Shown here: positions 17,311-30,830 of the stretch, piece by piece
How the letters are laid out: every line of letters begins with the position of its first letter
How positions within the stretch are numbered: the stretch's first letter is position 1
Origin: the human T2T-CHM13v2.0 reference genome, Homo sapiens
Assembly (NCBI RefSeq): GCF_009914755.1
Contig: NC_060927.1
DNA: 64,000 nt
Direction: 5' to 3' (one strand)
The notes under the pieces: model-generated
What the model saw: the letters and a program-made list of their open reading frames with translations, nothing else
What the model was told of the DNA's origin: nothing
Database searches by the model: none
Position numbers and translations under genes: made by a program

Positions 17311-17719
17311 AGTTAACATTTTTAAAACCATAAAGACAATTTGGGCAATTTAGGACATAACATAAATATCATTTTAGACTCAACCAGGGGCCCCAAAGGG
17401 CTCTATTTCAGCAACTCATATTTAAGAAGGCTTAACACAACACTTGAAGAGCATAAAATGACCAGGCAAGAATGCCTGATAGCAGCCTGTGTCAAAAGGA
17501 TCACCCTCAATGAGCAGCACTTGATAAATTTCTATTAAATAAAATCACATTCCAGCCTGAATGGCTCAGAAAGTCATTCTGCCATCATTTTAACACTTAG
17601 CAAAGCAAGACTCCTTCTGTCTGTGCTTTGGAATATACATCCAACTGACCAGACATGGTCATGGGCAAAAGGCAAGTAATGTATCTCTGATTAATTAGTG
17701 GAAAAGAATTAAAATGTGT

Positions 17720-19000
17720 ACAAAAGGCCTGAATAGACATTTCTCAAAAGAACATATACAAACAGGGCCGGGCATGGTGGCTCTCACCTGTAATCCCAGC
17801 ACTTTGAAAAGCCAAGATGGGAGGATTGCTTGAGCCCAGGAGCTTGAGACCAGCCTGGACACCACAGGACACCACAGAAAGACCTTTCCTCTACAAATAA
17901 TAATAAATAGCCATGCATGCTGGCACAAGTGTATAGTCCCAGCTACTCGGGAGGCTGAGGTAAGGATTGCTGGAACCTGGGAGGTCAAGGCTGCAATGAG
18001 CCATGATGGCATCATTACACCCCAGCCTAGGCACCAGAGCAAGACCTTGTCTCAAAAAAAAAAAAAAAAACTACAAATGGCCAGTGGGTACGTGAAAAAA
18101 AAAATGTTCAACATCACTAATCATCAGGGAAACACAAATTACAAAGACAATGAGATATCATCTCACCCCAGTTAGGATGGCTATTACCAAAAAGACAAAA
18201 AAATAACAAATGCTGGTGAGGATGAAGAGATAAGGGAATGTTCGTACACTGTTGGTGGAAAATAAACTAGTACGGCCGTTATGGAAGACAGTACGGAGTT
18301 TCCATCTAGAACTATCATATGATCCAGCAATCTCACTGCTGGGTATATATCCAAAAGAAAAGAAATCAGTATATCAAAGAGATATCTGCACCCATGTTTA
18401 TTGCAGCACTATTCATAATAAGCAAGTATGAAATTAACCTAAGTATCCATCAACAGATGGATGGATAAAGAAAATGTGGTATACGTAGACAATGGAATAT
18501 TATTCAACTATAAAAAGAATAAAATTCTGTCATTTGCAGCACATGGATAAAACTGGAAGTCATACTATAAATGAAGTAAGCCAGGCACAGAAAGACAAAT
18601 ATTGCACGTTTTCACTCGTAAGTGTGAGTTACCTCACTCACCTGGAGGTGGAGAGTAGAATAGCGGTTACCAGAGGCTGAGAAGGGAAGGCGAGGAAGAC
18701 AATGGAAATAAATTGGTTAATGGGATAAAAATTACAGTTAGACAGAAGAAATAACTTTTAGTATTCAATAGCACAGTAGAGAAATTATGGTTAAAAATAA
18801 TTTGTTGTATATTTCAAAATAGCTAGAACAGAAGAATTGTAACATTCTCAACACAAAGATAAAGGTTTGAGGTGATGGATATCCCAATTACCCTGATTTG
18901 AGGATTACACATTATATGCATATATCAAAACATCAAAATATGTTCCAAAAATATATACAGCTATGATATATCAATTTAAATTTTTTTAAAATTATAAAAA
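17720..19000 (+). mobile_element. L1MA 3' portion, interrupted by AluJ
   Basis: gaatagacatttctcaaaagaa...catcactaatcatcaggg...tttgaggtgatggatatcccaattaccctgatttg. Confidence 0.9.
17766..18070 (+). mobile_element. AluJ
   Basis: ggattgcttgagcccaggag, gaggtcaaggctgcaatgagcc; poly(A). Confidence 0.92.
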
Positions 19001-19229
19001 AGAGATGGGAATTATATTATGCCAGCTACCTTGAAGTGTAATAGAGATGGATTTTCAGAACTAACTAAATAAATTCTCCTTAGGAAATTAAAATGTGTAA
19101 ATTTTCAGTTTCCGGAAAGCAGCTTAGCCATATTAAGTCATTTTTTATAAATAACCAATACCAAAGATTTTCCAGAACCCACCCCCAAAACTCATTTTCT
19201 GTCATGTCAATTCCAGTACTACCTTTAGT

Positions 19230-19697
19230 AGTGGAGACCGCTAATTGCCTAGCAAAATCTGTTACCCTGTTCTTCTACAGTAATAAAATTTCAGCAATAG
19301 CTGTCCAATTAACACTGTATTTCCTGACCACCCTTAAAGCTAAGTGTGGCCATATGACTGTTGTTACCAATTTAAGATGAACAGAAAAAGTACAATGTTC
19401 AACTTAGTTTCACTTACTTACCAGGAAAACTTAGTTGGAAGTGCCACTCTTTCCTATTCTGTTGTGCCTGAGGTTTAGTTTGACCAGGCAGATGAAAACA
19501 AGACCTTAGGGTGCGGAAGAACCACAAGATGCGAGAGACCTATGTCCATGAATGACTGTGTGGAGCTGAGCTGTCCTTGCCTAGACCACTCTCTTCAAAA
19601 CTCCTGTGAGACTTAAATTATTTAAATGACATTCTTCTTTAAACCACAATGTTTTGGGGCTCCTGTGTTATACCAGCTTTGCCTATATGTTAAGTAC
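19230..19697. mobile_element. MLT1J-like MaLR solo LTR
   Basis: ctaattgcct...tatttcctgaccacccttaaagctaagtgtggccatatgact...aatgactgtgtggagc. Confidence 0.65.
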
Positions 19698-20269
19698 TGC
19701 CACCAACTTCAGAAGAAGCTGTCAAAATAAGTCTTTCTAAGTTAACGATGAAAAAATTTCAAACCTTGCTATGGAAACTATACTAACCAACCATTAGAAT
19801 TTACTGTATTTTCCATAATAAAAGAGTTACATCTATGAGCAAAACTATTTAAAGGAAATTGGAAAAGTTAGCCATTTATATCACTGTTAAGCCACTGTGC
19901 TTTAAGTAATAAGAGAAAGATATTTAAAGGCAAAAAAAATTGAAAAGGAATTAGAGAAGATAGCCATTTATATCACTATTCATCATTTTTATTTCCCATT
20001 ATTCAGTAAAAGAAATGTGATGTAAAGGGAAAAATTATTTGTATGTTATCAAAGCTAACTGTTTCTAAAATCAAAATGAAATATGATTCATCCTATTGGT
20101 GCTGATGCACAGCTTATACACTGAGGAGTATGTCAGTGGCATATTTCATTAGGCAGTTTCTCCTAGCACATTCTCCTCTTTCCATGGCTCCCTGGATTAA
20201 GGGGAACAGCACAAGTATGTTGTAAGATGGATCTCCATTTGAACATTGGATCTAGCAATTACTAGCTGT

Positions 20270-20720
20270 TACTTTATTTATCCACCTAATGCATCATACA
20301 CAATGTTAAGCACTAAGGATACAAAGATGGATATAATTCTGTCACTACACTCAAGGAACCCACAGCCTAGAGTAAGTGGCAGACAGATTATTACATACAA
20401 AATGAGCTATGACATGACAGAAGAAAACAAGAAAAGAGAAGCCAAATGGGCGTTTCATCCATTTATGATGTCAAAGACCTATTCTGTCTTCTAGCCCTAT
20501 AACCCCAGTTTCTACCCCATATATATTGATCAGACTGAAAGGACTTGAATTTAGGGCTATGCTGCCTCCAAAGGGATTTTGTAACTTTAAATGAGCTGCT
20601 ACTTTAAGTCACAGTTTCCACATTAGTAAAATGGGGAAACCAACATTTTGCTGATAAGATTGTTTAAGAAATAAAATGTATAAAGTACCTGGCATGTATA
20701 ATGACTTAACAACTTATGGT
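20270..20720. mobile_element. L2 (antisense) and MIR fragments
   Basis: aagcactaaggatacaaagatg...ctcaaggaacccacagcctag (L2); cagtttccacattagtaaaatgggga...aaagtacctggcatg (MIR). Confidence 0.55.
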
Positions 20721-21184
20721 TCTTTTCCTTTGTCTTATACTTCCAACAGGGATTTCACTCCTATATTTTACCCTTGAAGCTAGAAATGTTAATGTATATT
20801 AGATTTATTATTATTAGTTCTCCCACTTTTACTAATACTTCTATAAATACTCTGTCGTACACTTCTATTTTTAGCCTATAATTCTCTTGTGGGTAATATA
20901 TTCTGTAGTTTATTACTTTCTATAAGTAATAGTGTTTCCATATAATGGCTATAAATTTGCTTTCATCAAGTGTCAATGGAGTTTTGAAAATGTGGTGATA
21001 TATTGCACCATTTGTTCACATGACCCAGACTATGATTTCATCAAGAGTCCAGACACAAGGAAAATACTCTATATTCAGTGAACAAAGATCACAAGATCTC
21101 AACCTGCTAGCTGAAAATTGCAATAAAAATCAGTCATCTACTCAAGTCATGAGTGGAGATAGACTTATCTGAGGAAAACTAATT

Positions 21185-21478
21185 CTTTTTTGAGACAGGG
21201 TCTCACTCTGTCACCCAGACTGGAGTGCAGTAGCACGATCATGGTTCACTGCAGGCTCAAACTCTTGGGCTCAAGGGATCCTCCCACCTCAGCCACCTGA
21301 CTACCTGGGACTACCCGTGTGTGACATCACACTTGGCTAATTTTTTTTTTAAATTGTTTTTAGAGATGAGCTCTCACTATGTTGCCCAAGCTGGTTTCAA
21401 ACTTTTGGCCTCAAGCTGCCTTCCCTCATTGGTCATCCAAAGAGCTGAGATTATGGGCATGAGACACCCTACCAGGCC
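21185..21478 (-). mobile_element. AluJ, antisense
   Basis: gagacagggtctcactctgtcacccag...gggctcaagggatcctcccacctcagcc; flanks gaaaactaatt / aaaactaaatt. Confidence 0.92.
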
Positions 21479-23157
21479 AAGAAAAACTAAATTTTAAATT
21501 ACACATGGGTAAGGATCACATGTGTACCACCCACATATGAAGAAGCTCCAATCACAGAAACAAACATGATGACAGATACAAAAATGATTTATGCCATAGA
21601 GCCCCAGGAAACGCAAAAATGAAACCACCCCATAGAAAGGTCTCTACAACTAAAAGTATATGCAGGACCCCCCTACACACAAACACAAATATGCACATAC
21701 ATATAAGATAACTCCCTTTAAAGAGCTCACAGAAATTATAAGATATAGAAGATATTCATGTTATAAAATTCAGGTGCTGAACAAATACATAGGTGACTTT
21801 ACCTTCTTGGTGTGATAGAACAGCTTGCTGAGGAACAACTCTCCCTCCAAGAATAATTAGAAAACTGAATATGATACCTCTCTAAAAAAAATCTATTTGA
21901 AGGTATCAGAGAGCTACCAAAGCAACTAGGACTTGAGACATCAGGATTACAGAGAAGTAAGCCAAGCAAACCACCCACTTTGACCTTCAAGGCATTTGCA
22001 AATTCTTTGGATGGCATCAGAATCCAGAAAGAGAACTACAAAAGCAGAGCTTCTGGCAAACTCATGGGGATGAAGAGACAAAAATTAGACCTTGCACATC
22101 CTAATGCAGCCAATAATTAAATGGCCAAGATCCTGAAGAGAAAGGAATGAAGAGAAGACTAACACATGGTGGTTTTCAGCCAAGGCAATTGTTGAATATT
22201 TATGCTGCATAAGACAAAAATCTAAGAAGCTAAATACAAAGATGCTGAAAAGAAAGAATTTTGGGCAGTCTCAAGTGCTGAAGAAAGAAAATTAGAATTC
22301 AAGACCAAAAAAAGTATAAGAGTCCAGTAAATACTTCATCTGGACTCTCAGCAGGACCTTAAAATGGCCATACCCCAGGGGCAGGGATAAATCCATGTTA
22401 CAGAGCTTCACAAGAAGTGCATCCTGAACTGAGTGCCAGTGAACTCAGTTCCTAACAGAATTAATGAAACCTATACCTATTCTACCTGCCTTTCTATTCT
22501 GTCTGCCTTACACCAGACAATAGCATAAACCCTATTTAGAGAAAAATTGCATCCTCAAGAGCTTCTATAATTTTTCATATATAATGGTCATCATTAAGTA
22601 AAAAATGACCAGGAATATCTAGAAAAAATAAAACCACAAAGGACCCATTTATTGGGATTATCTAACACAGAGTTTAAAATTACTGTGTTTAACAAAACAG
22701 ATGATTAAATTATTAAAGAACTAAAATCCATGAAAAATAAAGCTTCTAGAACTGATAAATGCATTAATTCAAATTAAGAACTAAACATCTGTAAAAGCAG
22801 ATTAGATATAGCAGAAGAGATAATTTGTGAACTGAAAAATGTGTCCAGATAAAACACAAAGGATAAAAGGATAGAAAGAGGAAAATGAGCACAAGATCCA
22901 CATGGAACACAACAAAAGGTCTAACTAATATGTAATTAGAGCCCCAAAGATGGAGAAGAATGAGAATGTGAGTGTAGCAATATTTAAATAGGCAGTGGCT
23001 GAGAATTTCCCAAAAATGATGATAGACATGAAGCCATAGACTGAAGAACCATTGCAAACCCCAAACAAAATAAATCTATAGAGACCCATATATAGGCCCA
23101 CCGTAGTAAAATTACTGAAAAAACAAATAGAAAGAAAACTATTTAAAAGCCAGGCAA

Positions 23158-23304
23158 GGCTGGGTGAGGTGGATCATGCATGTAGTCCCAGCACTTTGGG
23201 AGGCCAATGCAGGAGGATCACTTGAGCCCAGGAGTTTGAGACCAGCCTGGGCAACATAAGGAGACCCCATCTCTATTTTTAAAATTTTTTTAATAAAATA
23301 AAAT
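23158..23304 (+). mobile_element. FLAM / free left Alu monomer
   Basis: Single monomer with A-rich tail; TSD aaaagccaggcaa / aaaagtcaggcaa. Confidence 0.88.
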
Positions 23305-23317
23305 AAAAGTCAGGCAA

Positions 23318-25185
23318 ATATCCAACCATTCTGCAACATATTCTGTTGGTGAGGCTGTGGAAAAACAACTGTTCTCATACATTGCCTATGAGAATTCAAA
23401 ATGGTACAACTTTTATAAAGGGGAATTTCATGATACCTAAGAAAATTACATGGACTCCTGGAATCCAACCCAAAAATAGAGTGAAAAACATGACAAAAGA
23501 CATACAACCTGGGCTATTCATGACAGAAATATTTGTAATGGGAAAAGACTACGTACAACCCAAATGTGCATCAGTAATGGACTGGTTGAATAAACTGTGG
23601 TGTCTCCATACAATGAAGTACTCTGGAGCTATAATAGTGAATTGTGAATATTCTCCATGGAGTAATCACTACAATATATTAAGTGAAAAAATAAAAATTT
23701 ATATAGTGTGTTACTGATAATCTAAGAAATAAGGGATGTAAAGAAAAGGTAAAAAGAAAATATATTTTACATATATACACGCATATATCTATATAACTTT
23801 TTAAAATGAAAACCATACAAATATAAATGATTATAGAGTAAGAAAGGAAATGAGTGGAGGGGATAGGGATATAAGCTAGACTTTGTTGAATACAACTTAT
23901 TTTGTAGCTTTGATTTTAGAACCATGTAATTATTTTAGATAGTAACAAAACAAGGACTGTGTCAAAATGGCTTAGGAGTAACTTTTTTAAAAACTTCCAT
24001 TAGGCAAATATGGAACAATTTAAGGGTCAATGCAGATAACTGCATTGTGTAATATTAGACCAAAATAAGAGTGACTACCACTCAAGAATGTGAGTAGAGC
24101 ACTTCATTATTTTAAAAACTGATATAATAAGGGGAAAAATCAAACATTTATCTGTCTTTCTTGTACAAACTGTACCATGGAATTACCATATAGTAGGTAA
24201 AATTCCAACTAAAAATAATGATGGAATATCACATTTGGCAACCTTTAATTAATTATATGTTCTCTATGGTTTCTAACATCACAAAAAAGATGACCAGAGA
24301 TTCTGTAACTCCTGATGAGAGAACCCACCTCCATCATTAGAGTATTCTTGCCCAAAGCAAAAAGCTTGAATCTACATCCAACTACCACATCACAGTAAAT
24401 ACAGAGAACAATGAAACTGTTACAGAAAGAAAAGGATGCATTCAGCAAACTGTGGAATGTAGGAAACTCAACAAAACAAATAATCCAGTTTTTTCAACAA
24501 ACAAACTACAGAAAGAAAGAGGAAGGAAGTGAGGGAGGAAGGGAGGGAAAGAGGAAAGGAGGAACGGAGGGAGGGAAGGAGGAAGGGAGAAAGGAAGGCA
24601 GGAAGGCAGGGAGGCAGGGAGGTAGGCAGGAAGGCAGGCAGGCAGGAAGGAAAGAAGGAGGGAAGGAAGCAAGGAAGGAAGGAAAAGAAAAGAGACAGGG
24701 AAGTCTATTAGGAGACTTAAAAGATACCTCAACCAATCCGAACAATAGACTTATTTGACTTCATATTCAAACCAAAAGATAATCAAACACACACATGCAC
24801 TCACACATGCTGAATATGTTAAGAATGTTAAATATATATGTGTGGATTTCATATATTATTTTTGCTGTTTTCAAATAATTTAAATAATTGAATATTGGAT
24901 TGTATTAAGGAATTCTTAATTTTAGGCATGATAATAGTATTGTGGTTATGTCTTTTTTTAAAGATAAAATGAGCTCTTAGTAAATAGAGATACATACTGA
25001 AATATTAAATGATAAGTTGATGAGAAATTGCCTCACAATAATAAGTAGTTGGGAATAGAGATTAAAGAAGATTAAGCACAAATTCATAATTTTTTAAGCT
25101 GAATGATCAATACATGGGGTTCCTTATAATATTCTGTAAAACTTCATAGTTGCTTGAAATTTTCCACAATAAATTACTTTGGATA
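23318..25185 (+). mobile_element. Old L1MC/ME-type 3' end nested in L1M ORF1
   Basis: ttggtgaggctgtggaaaaac...caacccaaatgtgcatcagt...ttgaaattttccacaataaa. Confidence 0.65.
24511..24700 (+). repeat. GA-rich (GGAA/GGCA)n simple repeat
   Basis: gaaggaggaagggagaaaggaaggcaggaaggcagg... Confidence 0.95.
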
Positions 25186-25506
25186 AAAGCAACCATGAAA
25201 AAAAGGCATACTACCTTCAAAGTAGAAAATAAGACTGAAAGCAAAAAGACAATCATAAAATCTTTAATGTTCTAAAAGAATATAACTTCCAACACAGAAT
25301 TCTAAACCCAGTGAAATATCCTTCAAAAGTGAAACAAAAAATCAAAAACAAAAAATCTATTGTCAGCACATTCATGCTTCATGCTAAAGAGTTTTTTAGA
25401 CAGGAAGAAAATGACTTTATTGTTCTACAAACTTGCCAGCAAAACAAAGAAAAGAAAAGAAAATTATTCCAGATAGAAACATAAAATAAAAATAAAAAAT
25501 AAATGA

Positions 25507-25815
<309 letters not shown>

Positions 25816-26669
25816 GAATAACTTTCTTTTAAAAATTAAAATATATGTAAATTTTAAATGCATAACAAGAATAACATAAAAACAAATGGAGTTACAGTAT
25901 TCTTAAGTCCTAGCATTGTCAGGTTAGTGACAAAAGTACTTATATATGAAATATGATTAAGTCAAGGACTTACTAGGGTAACTGCTAAAATGTTAGCAAA
26001 ATAAGGTTCAATGAAAAAGCCAATAAAAAAATTACTAGATTAGGGCAAAAGAAGAAAATGAAGGGGAACATAAAACAGGAGGAGCAAATTGTAAAAAGAG
26101 ATGTATATTTGTAAATTCAAATATATCATTATTTACACTAAATGTAAATGGACTAAATACTCCAATTATAAGGCAATGTTACATGTTGTTTCAAGAAATT
26201 CATTTTAAATATAAAGACAGAGAAAGATTGCAATTAAAAAGATGTAAAAATATATACCCCCAAAATACTAACCATAACAAAGCTAGAGTGACTAAAAATA
26301 TCAAAGTAGACTTTAGAACAAGGAATATTATCAGAGAAGAAGGATGTTATATAATAATAAAGGGATCAACTAAGAAGACATAAAAATCCTAAATCTATAT
26401 GCATTTAGCAACAAAGTTTCAAAATGCAAAAACAAAACAAATGTAACTAAAAAATAGACAAACACAATTATATTGAAGACTTTGACAGTACTCTCTCAGT
26501 AATCAGCAAAATAAGTAGACTGAAAAATTAGCAAGTTTATAGAAAAACTTGACTAGTTTTTCTATACTACCAACCAATGTGACATAATTACATTTAGGGA
26601 GCACTCTACCCAACTTAACACAATACGCTTTCTTTTCAAGTGCACATGGAACATTCACCATATTCTGGG

Positions 26670-27041
26670 TGTTATAAACTGAATGTATGTCCCCCAAAAT
26701 TTACATGTTGAAATATAAGCCCCAGTGTGATGGAATTTGGAGGTGGGACTTTGGGTAGTCATTAAAATTAGATGAGGTCATGAGAGTAGGGAACTTATGA
26801 ATGAAATTGGTTTCCACATAAAAGAGGCTCCAGAGAGCTCCTTCACCCCATCTGCCATGTAAGGCACAGGCAAAGATGGCTGTCTGTGAATCAGAAAGTA
26901 GCTGACACTAAACACCAAATCTGCTGGTGCCTTGATCTTGTGTTTTCCAACCTCTAGAACTATGAAAAATAAATTTATGTTGATTTATAAGCCACCTAGT
27001 TTTTTGGTATTTTGTTGTAGCAGCCCAAATGGACCAAGACA
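26670..27041 (+). mobile_element. MLT1A0-like solo LTR
   Basis: tgttataaactgaatgtatgtcccccaaaat...ctgctggtgccttgatcttg...ggaccaagaca; TG...CA ends. Confidence 0.85.
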
Positions 27042-27711
27042 TTGGACAACAAAACAAATAAAATTATACAAAATATCTCTGGCCACAGTGGAATTAAACT
27101 ACAAATCAATTAGTAAAGATATCTGAAAAATCCTCAAATATCTGGAAAATAAACAACACACTTCTAATAAAACTATGGTTTGAAGAAAAGCCACAATGAA
27201 AATTAGCATATATTTTAATTGAGTAAAAATGAGAATATGTCATATCAAAATTTATGAGATGCAAATAAAACAGTGCTTAGAAGGAAATTTACAGCGTTAC
27301 AATTCTTGTATTAAAAAAGAAGAAACGTCTCAATACAAATAATCTAAGTTTCCACCTTAAGGAATGAGAAAAGAAGAGAGAGAGAATTACATCCAAACGA
27401 AATCAAATGGAAGGAAAAAAATAATAAAGATAAAAACCAAAATCAATAAAATTGAAAACATAAAACTAATAGAAAAAATCAGTAAAACAAAAATATAGTT
27501 CTTTGAAAACCCCAAAAATATTGCAAAAGCTCTAGTCAGTTAGACCAACAAAGAGAGGAGACACAAAAATAATTTCAGGAATTAAACAGGGTACATTACT
27601 ACAGTCACACTGATATTAAAAGGTTAATAAAGAAAACACATAGATAAATTTTTGTCAATAAATTCAACTACTTAGATAAAAGGAACAAATTTCATGAATG
27701 ACGTATACTAG

Positions 27712-27863
27712 CTTCCAGCCTTTAAGCCATTCCAGCTGATACCATGTGGAGAAGAGACAAATTGTCCCTACTGAACTCTTCCTAAATTTCAGATTTGCAT
27801 TCAAAATAAATGTTTTAAATCACTAAAGTTGTTGATGTTATTCAGCAAAATGTAGCTAGAACA
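27712..27863 (+). mobile_element. MLT1 (F/G/H-like) LTR 3' fragment
   Basis: ttccagctgataccatgtggagaagagacaa...cctaaatttcagattt. Confidence 0.6.
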
Positions 27864-28131
27864 AACGCTGCACTCAAACATAAGTGGAATGTTTCAGTAA
27901 AATGGAATAATTACTCCAATAAACAATAGGCTAGTTCATAAAGCAACTCTCAGCAAATGACAAAGGATTGATATCAATCAGGATCTATTTATAAAATTAA
28001 TCTATAAATAAATAACAAAGAAAAAATCTCAAAATATTTGTAAATTAAATATTATCCTAAATAACACATGAATAAAAAATATATATAATAGAAATTATAA
28101 AACATATTTAACCAAATGATAATGAAAATAT

Positions 28132-28471
28132 TGTTTCAGGGCTTTTCCTTAGTTCAGCTAAAGACAGGGTTTTTGCCCATCCCACAGCCACGAAAATTTA
28201 GGCTTGCAGATGGTTTAAAGGGTGAATAAAGCAGGGTTCTATTGGGTGAAAAGGGAAAAAAAGGAGGAAACAGGGATTATCACAAGGCCTGAGTCTCTCC
28301 GCTAGAGCACTTCCCGCCCAGCTGATTGAATCCCAGGTTCCACACAGGAAGAGGAGGGGCCAGGCTCCTCCCCATTGCAAACGGTGTGAACTTCCCTAGG
28401 CTCCACCGCAGTGGGCAGGCTGGTTGGAGTTTCTCCAGGGACCCCCTCCCATCTGCCACCTGGCTGTCTCA
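28132..28471 (-). mobile_element. MER61A-like ERV1 solo LTR
   Basis: Reverse complement begins tgagacagccaggtgg...ggagaaactccaaccagcctgcccactg; 4-bp TSD atat / gtat. Confidence 0.8.
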
Positions 28472-29729
28472 GTATGACATGTAAAAACATATAGAATTCA
28501 GGTAATTTTTTGTTGAGAGAAAAAGCTTCAGTTACAAATGCATAACTTAGAAAAGAAGAAAGTCAACTACTTAAGTATCCGTCTCATATAGTTAAAAAAG
28601 GGGGAGAGAGCAGAAAATCAAACTGAAAATAGAAGAAAAGAAATAGTTGATATAAGAACCAAAATAAAGGAAATAGAAAACATATGTACATTAGAAAAAA
28701 TAAACAAAGTCAAACCTTGGTTAGTTCTTTGAAAAGATCAGTGAAAGTGATAAGCCTCTGGGGAAATTAATAAAGGAAAATGTGAAAGTGCAAATTACGG
28801 TAGTCAGGAATGAAACACACGGACTTTAAAAACTGAAGAGGCTATCATAAACAAATCGAACCAAATAAATTTTTAATTTTTAATGAAGTAATAAAGTTCC
28901 TAGAAAAACACAATTTAAAAAATTGACATAGGAAGAAATACAATATTCGAATAGCCTATATCTATAAAAGAAATTAATCTGATTACAAAAACCTTCCCAA
29001 AAGAAATCTCCAGTTTTCCCAAGATGGTGGATTAGGGGCTTTTAGCACGACTCAGTGCCTTGAAAGTAGCAAGATCACACATAAGAATCAACTATGTGAG
29101 CTTTCATGCAAGAAGGAAAACGGGAATGCACCAAAATCACAAAGGACACCCCAGATCATAGGAAAGAGAACACAGGCAAACAGCTGCCATGACAGGTATC
29201 CAACTGATAAAAGTGAATGAAGCCCCAGTATACGAGAGAGGAAGAGACTCTCCCTCTGTGACTCACCTTTCCACTGGGGGTCCAAAGCTGAGAGAGAGCA
29301 CTTTGTTTCTTCCAAGCCCTGTAGTTAACTTGGGGAGAGTCTTGGAGATGTTATGAGGGAAAAATAGTGGGAAAAACTGCAGACATTTTCCCAGTCCCAG
29401 GACAGAGAACACGACACCGTTTTTAATCTGAGTGCATACAAACCAGCCATTCTTTGGTGACTAGGCCCCATGGCTGCACAGGCATTTTAGTCTTGAGCTG
29501 GAGATGAGCACCTGCCCTGGAATAGAGTAGGGGCCTCTATAACCAGAATTGTGGAAAGCCCCCTCAGCAGTAGGCACTGGAATTGTGCTCTCCCCCACGG
29601 AAGACTTGGGGCAGGATATCCGCCACAGCTGTGATTTCTCCTAGGTGATAAGAATTGCAGCCTGGGCCAGTTTGGTGACCTGGAACTGGTCTCTATGTGT
29701 CATTGCTGGGTGCCTCAACCTACTCGCCT

Positions 29730-30262
29730 GAGATTGTGGTGCAGCAGGGCCCTCTCCACTCCACCCCCAGGCAGAACTCCAGGCATTTAGAACACCCACA
29801 TGCTTGGATGAGCAACCTGAGCCATCCCACCCTTCCTGTGCATAGATCATTGTGCAGTGGAGTCCTCTCCACTCCACAACCAGGCAGATCTGCAAACATC
29901 AGGAGCATCCACTTACATAGACTAGCAGCCTGAGTCACCCTGCCCTTCCTATGCAGCGATCCTGCTGGAGGAGAGCACTCTCCGCTCCACACCCAGGCAG
30001 ATCTCCAGGCATCTGGAGCACCTGCTCACCAGGATTGGCAGCCTGACCACCCCACCCTTCCTGTGCAAAGATCTAGGTGCAGGGGGGCCCATCTCTGATC
30101 CATGCCCAGGCAGATGTCTATGCAATTGAAGCCCCCACTCACTTGGATCAGCAGCGTCATCTGCCCCATCCTCTCTGTGCAGAGATTGTGGTTCAGCAGA
30201 GCCCTCTACCCTCCACGCCCAAGCATATCTCCAGGCATCTGGAGCTCTGACTCTCCTGGATT
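29730..30262 (+). repeat. ~113-bp tandem array (~4.7 units) in the L1 5' UTR
   Basis: Units start near 29730, 29844, 29955, 30068 and 30181; shared core ctctccactccacncccaggcagatctccaggcat...cccacccttcctgtgca. Confidence 0.85.
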
Positions 30263-30755
30263 AAGAGTTTAGCCTCCCCAAACCACACTGCCTGCATCTC
30301 CTCAACCCACACCACCTGCGCCGAGAACTTCCAGCTGAGGATGATTCCCAGCTCCATGCCTAGGCACACCTCTGGGTGCTTGGTGGCTGCCCATTAGATT
30401 CTCCTTCAGTGCTAGTGCTTGTGCCTGCAACTGGGGGACCTGTAGGTGAGCCTGCCCAGTCCAGCCCTGCCTGTCTTGCTCCCAACCAACCCCTGGGACT
30501 GAGCAGGGAGTTCAGACCACTGTTCCCTCCTTGGATCAGCCCATTGCCTGAAGCAACAGAGAGCTTCTCCCAGGAAACAAGGGTCAAGTATATACCAAAC
30601 AAATTGACCTATAAGCTCTGACCTCTAAGCACCATCCACTGGCTTGTAGGTCCAATCACACAGCCCAATATAAAACCTGTGAACAGAAGTGCATAGTGCT
30701 GTAGTAACAAAATCAAAGGACCCTACTCAGCATTCTCTACAGTCACACCCTCCTA

Positions 30756-30830
30756 GGAAGGGGGAAGGGGGAGGAGGGAGGAGGAGGGAGGAGGAGGGAG
30801 GAGGAGGGAGGAGGGGGGAGGGAAAGGGAA
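30756..30830 (+). repeat. Purine-only (GGAGGAGGGA)n tract
   Basis: gaggagggag repeated, with G runs. Confidence 0.9.

Noticed and set aside
24411-24758. Overlapping low-complexity ORFs on both strands
   Set aside because: Artefacts of the GA-rich simple repeat.
29730-30262. Regularly spaced repeats resembling a CRISPR-like array
   Set aside because: Whole ~113-bp units are homologous, there are no unique spacers or cas-like ORFs, and the array lies within an L1 5' UTR.
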